NCBI GenBank assembly: GCA_010356995.1 | Contig: ML996693.1 | Location: forward strand, 1,178,001-1,242,000 | Source: Trichodelitschia bisporula | Lineage: Eukaryota | DNA: 64,000 nucleotides | Reading direction: 5' to 3' | In this document: positions 23,580 through 36,636 of the stretch, piece after piece | Numbering within the stretch: the stretch's first letter is position 1 | How the letters are laid out: each line of letters begins with the position of its first letter | Made by a program: the position numbers and the translations under genes | The notes under the pieces: model-generated | The model's database searches: none | What the model was told of the DNA's origin: nothing | The model's input: only the letters and a program-made list of their open reading frames with translations

Positions 23580-25958
23580 ATGTCTACCACAAATCTGAGC
23601 AGGAAGCGCAAAGCTTCTACGAGCAATGCTCTTCCCGAGCCTGAAATCGACTCCGACGCCGAATTTGCCTCTGATCTGCTCGACGGCGCCTTGTCGCAAA
23701 GCGAGGACGAATCTTTTCACAGCGGGTCCGAGAGCGAGGTAGAGGAAGAGATCGAGGAGGACGAGGAGGACGAGGAAGACGAAGAGGATGAGGGAGACGA
23801 AGATGAGGCAGACGAAGAGTCCGAAGACGACGACGATGGCATTCGCGAGCAGCTCCGCAACCTCTCCACCTCCGAATCACGATCACGGCCCACCGTTAAT
23901 GGCAAAGAACCCCCGGTACAAGAGAAGGAGGAGGTACGGATAGGTGCGCACATGGAGGACCTCGAAACGAATTATACGGTCACGACGGATGCCAATGGCA
24001 ACGTGCGTTACGTTTACCAGGAGATCGACCCCGTGTACGACTCCGACGACTCCGACGCCGGAGAGCAGACCAACACCATCGGCAATATCCCTCTCTCCTT
24101 CTACGACTCATACCCACACATTGGCTACGACATCAATGGCAAGAAGATCATGCGGCCCGCCGAGGGCAAGGCGCTCGACGCCCTGCTCGACAGCATCGAG
24201 CTCCCCAAGGGCTGGACTGGCCTCACAGACCCCATGACCGGCAAGCCCTTGAAGCTCAGCCGCTACGAACTCGAGATCCTCAAGAAGATCACGCGTAACG
24301 AGGTGCCCGCCGACGGCTACGACCCCTATCCCGACATGGTCGAATACTTCACCAACACCGAGGAAATCATGCCGCTGAGCGCGGCCCCCGAGCCCAAGCG
24401 TCGCTTCATCCCCTCCAAGCACGAGGCCAAGCGCGTCATGAAGCTCGTCAAGGCCATCCGCGAGGGCCGTATCAAACCGCACCGCGAGGAAGCCCCCGAA
24501 GAGGAACAAAACGTCGTCAACTACGACATCTGGGCCGACGAGCAGCCGCGCCCAGACAACACGATGCACATGCCAGCGCCCAAGCTGCCGCCGCCCGGCT
24601 ATGAAGACAGCTACCACCCCCCGCCAGAGTACCTCCCCTCGGCCAAGGAAAAAGCCGCCTGGGAGGCCACGGACCCAGAAGACCGCGACCGGCCCTACCT
24701 GCCCACCGACCACGCGGCCCTGCGCAAGGTGCCCGGCTGGGACAACGTAAAAATGACCTTCGAGCGCTGCCTCGACCTCTATCTCGCTCCGCGCATCCGC
24801 CGCTCAAAACTCAACATCGACCCCGAGTCCCTCCTTCCCAAACTCCCCTCCCCCGATGAACTCCGCCCCTTCCCCTCCACCTGCCACACCATCTTTTCCG
24901 GCCACACGGGCCGCGTGCGCGCCGTCGCCGTCGACCCAACCGGCACCGTCGTCGCGTCGGGCGGCGATGACGGCACCCTCCGCGTCTGGGACATTCTCAC
25001 GGGAAGGCAAATCTGGTCCCGTCGGTTGAGTCGCGAGGACGCCGTCGACGTGCTCGCCTGGCGTCCCGGCACCGACGCGTTCATTCTTACAGCCGCCGTC
25101 GCCGAAACACTCTACTTCATCCTTCCCCACGCGCTGCCCAGCGTCACACCTGCGATCGGCCGCGCCAGCCTCGCGCTCCTCGACGCGGGCTTCGGCTACG
25201 CGGCTAAGCCCACAAGCTCCACGGACCATGGCCTCAAGAAGGAGCCTTCCGCGACGTGGTCGCGCCCTTCGGCTGCCCTCGCGGACGACGGTGTGCTGCT
25301 GCAGGCCGTGCTGCGCGCGCCGATTAAGGCGATCACCTGGCATCGCCGCGGGGATTACCTCGCGACCGTCGCGCCGCGGGGCCAGTCCCACGCCGTGGCC
25401 ATCCACACGCTCAGCCGGCACGCGACGCAGCTGCCCTTCCGCAAGCTGAAGGGCCTGCCACAAACGGCTGCGTTCCATCCTTCCAAGCCTATATTCTTCG
25501 TCGCTACGCAACGGAGCGTGCGGAGCTACGATCTCGCGGCCCAACAACTACTGCGTATTTTGCAGCCCGGCGCGCGGTGGATCTCGAGCATCGATGTCCA
25601 CCCGGGGGGCGATAATGTGCTGGTCGGGACGTACGATAGGCGGCTGCTGTGGCATGACCTGGACTTGAGCACGAAGCCGTATAAGACGCTAAGGTATCAT
25701 GAGAAGGCGATAAGGGCGGTGAAGTTTCACAAGGGGGGGCTCCCGCTGTTTGCGGATGCGAGTGATGATGGGACGGTGCAGGTTTTCCATGGGAAGGTGG
25801 TGGGGGATTTGATGGAGAATGCGACGATTGTGCCGCTTAAGGTCCTACGGGGACATGCGGTTACGGGGGCGCTGGGGGTTTTGGGGTTGGATTGGCATCC
25901 GGTGCAGCCGTGGGTTGTTAGTGCGGGGGCGGATGGGACGTGTAGGGTTTGGTGTTAG
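23580..25958 (+). CDS. erb1: Ribosome biogenesis protein Erb1/BOP1 (792 aa)
   Basis: Single exon; acidic N-terminus, BOP1NT region ([51 protein letters not shown]), C-terminal WD40 propeller. Confidence 0.95.
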   Translation: MSTTNLSRKRKASTSNALPEPEIDSDAEFASDLLDGALSQSEDESFHSGSESEVEEEIEEDEEDEEDEEDEGDEDEADEESEDDDDGIREQLRNLSTSESRSRPTVNGKEPPVQEKEEVRIGAHMEDLETNYTVTTDANGNVRYVYQEIDPVYDSDDSDAGEQTNTIGNIPLSFYDSYPHIGYDINGKKIMRPAEGKALDALLDSIELPKGWTGLTDPMTGKPLKLSRYELEILKKITRNEVPADGYDPYPDMVEYFTNTEEIMPLSAAPEPKRRFIPSKHEAKRVMKLVKAIREGRIKPHREEAPEEEQNVVNYDIWADEQPRPDNTMHMPAPKLPPPGYEDSYHPPPEYLPSAKEKAAWEATDPEDRDRPYLPTDHAALRKVPGWDNVKMTFERCLDLYLAPRIRRSKLNIDPESLLPKLPSPDELRPFPSTCHTIFSGHTGRVRAVAVDPTGTVVASGGDDGTLRVWDILTGRQIWSRRLSREDAVDVLAWRPGTDAFILTAAVAETLYFILPHALPSVTPAIGRASLALLDAGFGYAAKPTSSTDHGLKKEPSATWSRPSAALADDGVLLQAVLRAPIKAITWHRRGDYLATVAPRGQSHAVAIHTLSRHATQLPFRKLKGLPQTAAFHPSKPIFFVATQRSVRSYDLAAQQLLRILQPGARWISSIDVHPGGDNVLVGTYDRRLLWHDLDLSTKPYKTLRYHEKAIRAVKFHKGGLPLFADASDDGTVQVFHGKVVGDLMENATIVPLKVLRGHAVTGALGVLGLDWHPVQPWVVSAGADGTCRVWC

Positions 25959-27715
25959 TGGGGAGGCAGGAGATCGATGGGGATGTTGGGAGCATATATC
26001 GTGGAAGTGGAGTGGTAGTGAGATGTAGAGAGCTGAATATGGCATCAGGCAAGACTAATCATCTTCCCCACCCCCATCCCACTGTCAGACTCCAGCAAAC
26101 ACGTCCTGCATTATACGGATCCTATTATCAGTGCCCAAATGGAGATTGTAGGGACCGAGGTGATCGATTCACAGTCATGAGGAAACGTACCCAGCTCCCA
26201 CAGCTAGGCTTGACTCTCTTCTTTTCTTCTTCTCTTCGTCTTTGTCAAGTCTTCACTTCACACCGTAGCCATTTCTACCTGTCAAACCTATGCTTCCATT
26301 AGAGCGTTAGGACAAGATGCTGGTGTGCAACAGAGTTAGGGAGGTGAGGCTCTTGACTTGTGGGGATTCACGGCATCTGATCCTGGCGTTCATCCAAGTT
26401 TCACGTTGTGAACATGACATACATGGTTTAATGGCTTCAGATCCTCAATCCTTTGGGAAGCGGATCATCGTTTCAACGGTTGGACCTTCCATGCAAGTGC
26501 CTTTTTTTTTTAAGAGAAAACCTAGCACTCACGTCCTTCGCAGATGTCATCGACGCGGTAAACCTGTGCAATTCCAAACCCGACGTCGAGCATCGGTCCA
26601 GGCTCGCGGCGGCAAGCGTCAGCCTTGCCGGCCCTCTCTCATACAGTAGCAGCAAATGAGCACGAGCCTCACCTTATCGCCAGTTCAATATACTGCAGAA
26701 GATTGGATGCGGCTCTTCTCGTCCCCACATGGCTGATTCGTCCAGGTCTAGGTCTCATTGTTTATCACACCTGCTATCCCTCCCCACCTCACCCAGCGCC
26801 ATGGACCAAATCCACTCACCTCCTCTCCCTCAATTTCCAGGTGGCTGTGGTGCTACATATATCTCCTGACCCTCGATCTTCAATCTATCGTCCCGGCATC
26901 CACCCGTTCCCAGCACCCACGCCCGGATTACGGGGCGGGGTCACGATCGCTCCCGGGATCGATATTGACCGCTAACCTCACGAGCAGGGTAGGCCGGCCA
27001 GCAGCGCGGCTGTGCTGCCGGACACGAGATGTCCTTTTTTGCAACAGGACATTCGCAAAATGGGGATATAGGAATATGGTGGGATGCCAGCACTTGGTAT
27101 TGCCTCGTCGACGCCGATATGTCCTGAAACTGGATGAGTGCAACAACAGCCGACAAGGCTGAACCCAGCCTTTCACTGTACCACATACCCCCACCCCCCA
27201 GCCTGGCCCACGCAGTATCATCGCCAGCACCCCGGCCCACCCGCATCATCGCCATCACATCCCTCGTATCGTCCGTATCATCGGCCCAATCAGCCCAGCC
27301 TCGCCACGACTCGAAATAGATCCTCCAGTATTATCACCCGCAGGGCTGAGTACCCCCCACCCACATGCAGCCTCAATTCAACGGTCAAGCTGCAAGACCG
27401 TTAGCTGCATTGCTGACTCCCCATCCCCAGCGCCGAACATACCAGCGCAGACAGCTTCCTGCGGCCAGCGGTCTGCATCCGCTCCACCGTCACCGTCAGG
27501 CCACCGACAAACGCCCACGTTGCGCGGTGATGCCGTGATTGCGCCCCGCGGGGTGCTGCAGGAGGGCTGGGATGCGGCCCGTCGTGCTGCAGGGCGCGGT
27601 GGAAGGGAGCTGCAGGGAGCGGATACGAAATACATAAGGTTGCACTGCTGCATCCTGCATCGCGAGACCCACACCACGCCCGCCCTCCCACACTCGCTCA
27701 CGCACACTCGCTAGC

Positions 27716-28908
27716 ATGTCCACCCACACTCTCCTCCCAGTCGGGCTCTGGCTCACTACGCTCGCTTCCCTCGTCCTCGCTGTCCCCTTCGCCAACACCA
27801 CCACCTGCACCTCCTACGGCGTCGACTTCAAGGATGGTGGGAGCTACTTCATCAACAGCGCCAGCAGCGAGCCGTTCACCGCCATCAGCCAGTTCAGCGG
27901 CTGCTCCGGCGACCCGGCGTCCATACTCCTCGTCCTCCCCAACAGCGATGAGCTAGACTGCGGCACCGTGCCCACGTCGCCCGACTTCACGAACGAACTC
28001 GCCACCTGCCCGGTGACGAAGGGCGGGTTGGTGAGCGGGGAGTACCTCCTCCTCCTCCTCGGCAACAACGGCGCAGACGCACCCTTTGCCTACCAGCGCC
28101 AATTCAGCCTAGACGTCGGGCCACAAGCAACCGCCACCTCCACCCAGACCATCTCCCTCACCTCCATCACCACCCCCGTCGTAACCTCCACCAGCACATC
28201 CACATCCACCCTCCTCACCACCCTCCCCGCCAATTCCACAGTCACAGTCCCCAACTCCTCCGCCGCCGGGACGAAGACCCTAACCCCCTGGCCCAAATAC
28301 ACCGTCGCCACGCACACCGCGACCTGGACGCGCACGAGATGGGTGTTTGCGAAGCGGTCCACAGTTAGCACGACCGTGACTGCGACGTGCACTCTCCCGC
28401 CGCGGGCGCAGCAGCCGGATCCGATGCTGCAGTTTAAGCCGCGGCATGCGCTGCCGTACGGGTTCAAGCTGCCGCGAGGGGCGGAGAAGCGAGACTCCCT
28501 GCCCTCTGGGCTCGCGGGGCTCGCGAAGCGCGCGCCCGATGCGCCGACCGTGACGGTGACGGCGAGTGATGCGGTGTACACCACCATCACAGTAACAGGC
28601 GCGCCGAGCACGAACGTGCTCAGCACCGTCGTCACAGCCACGGCGACGATAACCCCGCCACCGGAGACGGTCGTTGCGGCGCCGACGACGGTGACGGTTA
28701 CGCTGCCTCCTAAGACCAGGACTATTTTGCGGTATACCTGGACGGTGTCAGCGACGACGAGGACGATTGCCGCGACGTAAGTTATCTGCATTCTTGGTTT
28801 GGGGGTGAGTACTAACTGGATAGACGGACGATAACGACGACTGTGACGCCGAGCTCGGTGAAGGAGGAGTGTAAGAGGAATGGGGGCCATTTTTGGGGAC
28901 GGTGGTAG
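27716..28908 (+). CDS. Secreted Thr-rich protein (~381 aa)
   Basis: Exons 27716-28776, 28824-28908 (intron GTAAGT..ACTAAC..TAG). Signal peptide, Cys-containing N-terminal domain (CTSYGVDFKDGGSYFIN), Thr-rich tracts, KR dibasic sites. Confidence 0.85.
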
Positions 28909-29005
28909 GAGATGGGGATGTGATGAGATTGGATTGGATGTAACTGCATAACTGGCATATGGCGCGTAATAGCTGCATAGATAGCGTAATGTACACACAA
29001 TGAAC

Positions 29006-31025
29006 TCACCCTTCATCCTCTCCGCTCTGCCCTCCCCGCCCTCGCCGCCGCATCAACCGGACGCCCAGCTCCCATGCCTTACGGCTCAGCGGCTTGTACA
29101 GCAGACTACTCTCGTTCGTGCCCGTCGTCATACTGAAGATGGACAGCGCAACAATCGACGCAGCGAACACACCCGCGAACCATTCCCAAAAGGCCTTGAC
29201 CTGGAAGCTCTGATCCGTGAACTGGCACGAGAAATACGCGCACACGACGCTGATCGGCATGAAGAGGATCGTAACCTTAGCCAGCAAGATCGTAATCCGG
29301 GACAGCCGCTCAACCGAATACGACTCCTTGATAGCGATAAGATTGAAGTTCTTGTCCCGCCCGTTAGCCTTATCCCACGTTTCAGAGCACTACACTACTC
29401 ACCATCATAACCATCGAATCCTTCTGCTCAAGACACTCCTCAATCTCCGCCACAGCATACAACTTAATCCGATGCTTCAACCTCTCAAACCTCATCCGCG
29501 CCGCACTACTCAGCGCCACCCCCAGTAAATCCCGTCCCGCATCCACCAACCCCGGGTGCGAACTGCTCATACTCGCGACTCCGCTGCCAGCCGCTAAGAG
29601 ATGCGAGTTCTTAAGGCTAGCAAGCGACTGCTCTTGCTTTTCGAGTACTTGCTCGATGAGCAAATTGTACCCTTCGTAGAGACGTTTGAGAACGCCGAGT
29701 TGCCGGCCTATGTGGTGCAGCCGGTCCACGTGCCCGAGATCCGCGCGCGTGAGCATTTCGACGCGGAGATTGTTGAGGAGCGCGGCGTATTGGTGCTCGC
29801 GCCGCGCGATGAGGCTGTAGGTTGTGTACCAGTCGTCGAACAGGTAGTAAAACAACAAACCCGGTACATCAGTCGGTCGATGCGCGGTCTCCTCCTCTGA
29901 CGACCCGACGCGCGCGCGGATGGGGAGTTGTTGTGAATTGGACTCGCTCACGCGGGCCTTGGAGCATTGCGCGAAGACGGTGGAGAGGTTGCGCCGGATT
30001 ATGGATAGGTGTTGTTGTTCGCGTAATGAGAGGGTGCCGTTGCGGTAGGGGAAGGGGTCTTCTTGGATTGTGATCACCGTTTTGTCTTCGCAGAGGGCGA
30101 GCCAGGACCACACCCTTTTGCCGGACGGGAGGTTTTGGTGCACGGGGTCGGAGGGGGTGCCAGGGAGGGGACCGGTGCAGTGCAGGGTGTTGAAGCCGAG
30201 GCAGAGGTCTGCGATGTTAGTTAGAGAGAGAGGATGGGAGAGGTGGGGAGTGAGACGTACAGCGGCGCCCGGAGTCGACGGTTGAGTAGTGCCAGATTTC
30301 GTTGGCGAGGACGTATTGGTTCAGCGTGTCGTTGTAGTTTGGATCTGCGAGCTTTAGTTCGTCGAGTCCGATACGCTCTTCGAGATCGAGGGAGGGGTCG
30401 AGGGAGGAGGATGTTGGGCTTGGTTTGTGGGATTCGTGGTCGGAGCGGTCTGGGGCGCGGCGGCGGCTGCTGGATGTGGAGGAGATGTTGCTTTTGGAGG
30501 TGTAGGCTGAGCGTGAGTATTTGAGGGGGCTGGAGCACATGAAGCCTAGGAGGCGGGGACTGAAGTCCCAGTGTTTGGCGAATTCCTGGGGCGTGAGCGG
30601 GTATACGGATGGAAGGACGGAAAGAGGGACATACAGTGAGCACATCGCGTTGCTCGTGGGGGATCCAGATATTGCTGCTTCGTTAGCTAGATCATATTGC
30701 CACAACGAACTTACATCCACCTCGTGTTCAGCGAGGGTGGCCGCTGGGAATGTTAGCATTTTGGCTGTATCGAGCCGAGATGTTCATGTACAGGCGATTT
30801 CAGCAGTTTTGCAAAAGAGTCGGCTTGCAAATCGAACCCGCCCCACGCTTCATCATCGCTGAAGTCTATAAGGAAGTTACGGCTCTTCGGGTTCGCCGCA
30901 GCACGCATAAAGGCATCCATGTTGGCAGGAACATCGAAATTGCGGATGGCTTCATTCAGGTCGGCGCTACGGAGCAGGCGGTAGTAGTCTGGGAGCTGCG
31001 GGTCCATGGGTGGTATTCGCTCCAT
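29006..31025 (-). CDS. CorA-like membrane protein with two C-terminal TM helices (~592 aa)
   Basis: Exons 31025-30792, 30743-30715, 30674-30635, 30585-30261, 30208-29403, 29350-29006; canonical introns keep the frame. C-terminal ERLSRITILLAKVTILFMPISVVCAYFS...TM2 pattern of fungal CorA-like proteins. Confidence 0.82.
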
Positions 31026-31654
31026 ATTGAGGTCTTGAACTGAGGTTTGAAGTGTAAAGCATAGTGAAGAATACCGAGAGCACAGCGGTTATATCTTATG
31101 AGGCTCAGGCTCGTCACACGGGGCTGAAGGGTGGTGCCTGATCAGGATCACGGCCAGGTCTCAGTTGCTCACGGGATGCAGTGCGAGTGACTCTATATGG
31201 CGGGGTCAGCGACATCATATTGGGAAGACAAAGTTTAGCAGCAGGTGATAGCAGGATGTAGATAGATTCTCTTAAAGGCTTGACTCAAGTTGGTGAGGGG
31301 TGGTGATGAGATGATGAAGAAGGAGGAGAGACGAAGTTGGAGATGTTGTCCAGACCGCCGTGCACGGACCACCTCGATCTGCAGGTACAGAGAGCTCAAC
31401 AAGCAATAAGCAGCCAACACAGCCAGCACAGCTTGTCTCCACTTGACTCATTTGCCAGCGCAGCAGCGGCGAGCTGAACATCAAAACTATGCCGCTTCTC
31501 AAACCCACCCCTCCTCTGCTCCGCGCCGTCGTTGTCATCGACGCCTCCATAGCAAAGTCACCGCCATAGCAACTCACCCTCAGCTACACCCCACACCCCG
31601 CCCTCCTCATCCAGCACCAGCATAAAGCGGCAAGCCCCCAACCTGCAGGTCCAA

Positions 31655-32253
31655 ATGAGTGAGCCATCGCACGCACCCGCACTCGCCTTACGCGCGCTGA
31701 TGTCCACCCCACAGCACGGCGTCCCTGCCGCACCTTCGCCCTGCCGCGGCAGTGCGCCTCGGCGCCCGCCTGGACCGCGCTTATAGACAAGTTCAGAGCC
31801 TTCCGGTTGGAGGCTTTACGCACCTCGCCCACTGCTTTCACGTCGAGCCTCGAGCGGGAGCAGGCCTTCGGGCGCGACGTATGGGAGGAAAGGCTGCGCA
31901 ACCCGGGTGCTACGATAGTTGTTGCGGTCGAGGAGGGCGTGGAGACGGATGCGGTTGATGCGGCGCTGCAGAGCGAGTGGCTTGGTATGGCGGCACTTAT
32001 TGCGGCGCAGGATGGGGCGGCCGCGTGGCTGAATGGCGTTTTTGTTACGCCTGCTGCGAGACATCGTGGGGTGGGGAGTGCGCTGCTCAAGGGTTGTTTG
32101 AGGGAGGGGAGTGCGCTGAGAGCCGGCTTGCTGTATCAGGTCATGGTTTCGGCGGATAATGTTGCGGCTATCAAGCTGTACGAGAAGGCTGGGTTTGTGA
32201 TTTGTGACGATGAGAGCGAGAGCTTGCGTATGGAGCGGGTTGCGGAGTGCTAG
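31655..32253 (+). CDS. GNAT-family acetyltransferase (~180 aa)
   Basis: ATGA (31655-31658), intron 31659-31714 (GTGAGC..GCTGAT..CAG), exon 31715-32253. Motif A (VFVTPAARHRGVGSALL), NVAAIKLYEKAGF, and RLEALRTSPTAF N-terminal motif. Confidence 0.85.
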
Positions 32254-33340
32254 TGCGGTGAGATGGTTAGCGTCGGGGAGCTTGTGTACGGCATCGCAGT
32301 TTGCTGCTGGGGATGGGGGACAGGTTGTTCATGCAGTCGTTTTCGTCTCGCGTGCGATGGATCCAAAGTTCTAGTTTTCATGTTTCCTTGATCAGCGGAA
32401 GGTTCAACGGATGGCGGCATCTTTTGGTCAGACTGAAATAGGCTCAGGCCGTGATGGTATCGCCATGCTTAGACGTTTAGAGAAAACAAGTCGGCTGCTG
32501 ATCTTGCTCGTGCGTGCTCTGTCTGGCAGTGAGTTGTTGTTTACTTGTACGACATACGTCGCTTCGGCATCGCGTACAGAGTACATGCTGTTCTCGCCTT
32601 CAGCCTCGTTGTCCGGTGGTGGTGGAAGAGGAGTCTTTCCGTGCGGAATAGTGATCGCCGGCCTAGCGCATGGCAACGTCACTGCCAAACTGCAACCTGG
32701 GTATCCTTCTCCCGAAGCGCCCTTGATGATCGGTTTCAACGGACGGGTGCCGGAATGTTTCGTTGGGGCCGGCGATGTGGGGAGTGGCAATCCTTTCTCC
32801 AATGTACGTCATTCGAGAAGGATTTGCTCCGGTAGTGTATGATCGGGCATCTCGCGACTACTGGTGATAGTGCTACGAGACTATGGATTATTCCTGCCCA
32901 TCCTCTGCCTCACATAATAACCGGGCCTATGGACGGCGATCTGTTTGTTTGATAGAGTGCTGAAAAACGACATGCAATGTACAACTCTCACCTCATTGGC
33001 TTCCATCCCACCAGCCACAGCACGCAAGCCACCGGGAGGCACCGTCCCCGCCAAGACGTTTCAGCGCTTGCCCCAAAAAAGGCCGTTCCTGGCCACAACC
33101 CCTGCCTCGCGCGCCTCCCGGAATCTCGGCGTTCTGGCCCCTGGCTGGGAGAGAACAAGAGGAAGCGCTTCAAAGCCTCTCCCTCTTCCATCAAACATCC
33201 AACAAAAAGCCTTCAAGCGCACCTTCTTTGCTTTTCCTTGACCACAGTCTCTCCTTTCTCGGCGCTTTAAAACACCTTCTCTCGCTCGTCACGAGCATCG
33301 TTTTCTACCCATCCACACACCGCATTCTTCCACACCCATC

Positions 33341-34348
33341 ATGCATTTCTCCCTCCTCGCCGCCGCTCTCGCCGTCGCCCCGGCTCTCGTCTCCGCAAAG
33401 GGCACGCTGGGCTTCGCCCTCGGCACCAAGAACGCAGACGGCACCTGCAAGGCCCAGTCCGACTACGAAGCCGACTTCGACGCCATTGCCGACGCATCGG
33501 GCTCGAAGTTGGTGCGCGGCTACTCGGCCTCGGACTGCAACGCCGCGCAGTACATTCTGCCGGCCGCGAAGTCCAAGGGCTTCCAGGTTGTGCTTGGGAT
33601 CTGGTGAGTTGTGACAGTGAGGAGCAATTGAGTGGGTTGGCTGATTTGGGGAATGCAGGCCGGACGTGCAAAAGTCGTTCGACGACGACCGCAACATCAT
33701 CGCCAAGTACGCGCCGCAGTACAAGGACCAAGTCTACGCCATCACGGTCGGGTCCGAGACGCTGTACCGCGGCAACTTCACGGGCGACCAGCTCGTGGAC
33801 AAGATCAATATTGTCAAGAAGGCGGTTCCCGGGTTCAAGGTTGGCACTGCGGACAGCTGGAACAAGTACGACGATGGCACGGCCGATGCCCTCATCCGCT
33901 CGAAGCCGGATATCCTCTTCGTCAACGCGTTTGGTTTCTGGCAGGGGCAGAAGATTGAGAATGCTACGCACCAGTACTTTGATGATTTGAACCGCGCGTA
34001 TCAGCATATTGAGAATGTTGCCGGTGCTGATCACGGTATTGAGCTTTGGAACGGCGAGACGGGCTGGCCGACTGATGGTATGTCTATTAAGGTGGTCTAG
34101 AGTGATGAATGCTAACGATGATAGGCGGTTCAGACTTCAAGGACGCCAAGGCGGGCACCGACAACGCGAAGGCCTACTACGCCGGCGTGTGCTCCCTGAT
34201 TGACTGGGGCTACAACGCCTTCTACTTCGAGGCCTTTGACGAGCCCTGGAAGCCGGCGAGCATTGGTGATGGTGGTCTCGCGGCTGACGAGACTCACTGG
34301 GGCGCCATGACCGCGGACCGCAAGACCAAGTTCTCGCTTCAGTGCTAG
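33341..34348 (+). CDS. bgl2: GH17 cell-wall beta-1,3-glucanosyltransferase/glucanase, Bgl2/Bgt1 type (301 aa)
   Basis: Exons 33341-33603, 33659-34077, 34125-34348. Signal peptide, GTLGFALG, TVGSETLYR, GETGWPT, FEAFDEPWK. Confidence 0.93.
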
Positions 34349-34589
34349 AGGGTGAAGGGGACTAATTGGACATTGTAAAATGGGAGACCTTTTCATTCGG
34401 TTGCAGCAGATGGCATAGAAACGGCGTTTTTTTTTCTGTGGATGCTTGTGATGGTGTGCCGTGATTGATATTGACCCCTTCATTTGCCCGCCTCTCGGAC
34501 CCGAACATCGCCACCTGCCATCTCGCCGGGCCGCCGCGTCAACCACGAATGGAGCGAATGGAGCGAATGGTGCGGATAGACCGACTAGC

Positions 34590-34698
34590 TTCCGTGCATC
34601 AAAAGTGCTTCGTCCAATGTCTCCCACTGAGTTCCCCGTGGGCCACGAGGAGCTCAGTGGGAGAGGACATTGGACGAAGCACTTTTGATGTACGGGAA
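34590..34698. repeat. Near-perfect inverted repeat / fold-back hairpin (~50-bp arms)
   Basis: 34597-34620 is exactly complementary to 34667-34690; pairing continues inward to a tiny loop at about 34641-34643. Confidence 0.9.
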
Positions 34699-34813
34699 CC
34701 AGATGGGCCATATACCCGTATGGAGTATTACCAATCTGCATACGTGGTTGATTCAGTGGCAGCCCGTTGAAATGACAGGCAATGTTCGAGTCATAGACCC
34801 CGTTACCCCTCCA

Positions 34814-36636
34814 TCACTCATTACTCGGATACCCAACCTCGTACGTCCCCACAAACTCCTCCTTGATCGCGCGCACGCTGACGAAGCGGCCGAGCAGATT
34901 GATACTCCCCGCTTTGCTACTCATTGTCAGCCTCATCCCCAACCCAGAATCACCCAAAGGGAAGCACTTACTCATTCGTCCCACTCGCCCTCCCCCCCCC
35001 AAACGGCTGCTGCCCAACCACAGCTCCCGTACTCTTACAATTAACATAAAAATTCCCCGCCGCATCGCGCAGCCTCTCCTCCGCCTCCCTGATCGCGCTT
35101 CTGTCACTCGCGAACACCGCCCCGGTGAGCGCGTACTCGCTCGTCCCATCGATGGTCTTGCAAATCTCGCTCCAAGCGTCTGGCGTGCTGTCGTCGTACA
35201 CGTACACCGCGAGCACCGGGCCGAAAATCTCGCGGCTGAGCAGCGGGTGCTCCGGGTTCGTAGTCCGGTAAATAGTCGGCCGGACGAAGTACCCCGTACT
35301 CCCATCATACGTCCCCCCCGCCAAAAGCTCAAGCTCAGAATCACCCTTCGCCTCCTCAATAACCCCCTTAACCCTCTCAAACGCCTCCTTATGCACCAAC
35401 GGCCCCACAAAAGCCCCCCACTCCCTCGGACTCCCAACCTTTAACCCCTCCGTTTCCTCCACCAGGCCCTTCTTGAAATCCTCCCACGTTGATGCAGGGC
35501 AGTAGACCCGGGACGTGGCGCTGCATTTCTGCCCCTGGAACTCGAATGCGCCGCGCACGGTCTGCACTACCGCGTTACGCAGTTCGGCGGAGGAGTGCAG
35601 GAGATGGAAGTTTTTACCCCCCGTCTCGCCCACCAGGCGCGGGTACCCCGCGTACCGGCCCTCGGCCACGCCCCGCCCTATCTCTCCGTATAGAGAACGG
35701 AAGACGGCGGTCGAGCCCGTGAAGTGCAGCGCCGCAAACTGCCTATGCGCAAGCACAGCCTTCGTAACCGTCCCCGCATCCCCAGGCAAAAAACACATCA
35801 CCCCCTCCGGCAACCCCGCCTCCGCAAAAACATCCGCAACAACCATATTAGCAGCCAACGCATGCGGACTCGGCTTCCAAACCACCACATTCCCCATCAG
35901 CGCCGGGGCGGCCACCAAATTTCCCCCTATTGCAGTAAAGTTAAACGGGGACACCGCATACACGAACCCTTCCAAGGGCCTGTATTCCAATCGGTTCCAC
36001 ACCCCCGCGCTGTGGTGCGTGGGTTGTTGGGAGTACAAGGTCTCCGCGTAGGTGACGTTGAAGCGCAGGAAATCGGCTAGTTCGGCGGCGGCGTCGATTT
36101 CGGCTTGCCAGGCTGACTTGCCTTGCCCCAACATGGTGGCGGCGAGGAGGCGGGCGCGGTAGGGACCGGCGATTAGGGCGGCGGCGCGGAGGAAGATGGC
36201 AGCACGGTCGGCGAAGGGTGTGTGCGACCAGGTTTCTTTGGCGGCGAGGGCGCGGGAGATGGCGCGGTTGACGTCGGCGGTTGAGGCGGAGTCGGCTTTT
36301 GCTACGATTTGGGCGTGGTTTGAGGGGTTGCGCTGGATTTGTGGCGAGGGGTCGGGGGAGGCATCTGGTAGGCGGAGGGGGATGTGCAGCGGGAGGGAGG
36401 ACGAGAAGTCATCGACGGCAGAGGTGAGGGCTGCGCGGGAGGGATGGTCGCGGGCGTAGGTTTGCTGGGTTTGTTAGCGGGTGATAAGCAGAGGGATGGA
36501 GGCGCACGTTGGGCTCGTTGGTGACGGAGGGCGTTTTGAAGGTTGCGAGCGTGGCGATGGGTCTGTAGTGGAGGGGTCTTGCTCGTGGGATAAGGCGGAG
36601 GCCCGCGAGGCGGCGAGTGGAGGTTGGGACGCGCAT
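34814..36636 (-). CDS. put2: Mitochondrial delta-1-pyrroline-5-carboxylate dehydrogenase (574 aa)
   Basis: Exons 36636-36508, 36464-34972, 34916-34814. Arg-rich presequence, SPFNFTAIGGNL, FTGST, GETGGKNFH, FEFQGQKCSA, GQQPFGGGRASGTNDKAGS. Confidence 0.95.

Noticed and set aside
32428..32851. Minus-strand 124-aa ORF preceded by an in-frame ATG and a stop
   Set aside because: Could be a pseudogene, but there is no family signal or supportable splice model.
34602..34609. AAAGTGCT match to an animal miRNA seed inside the hairpin
   Set aside because: An 8-mer coincidence; animal miRNA families are not expected in fungi.
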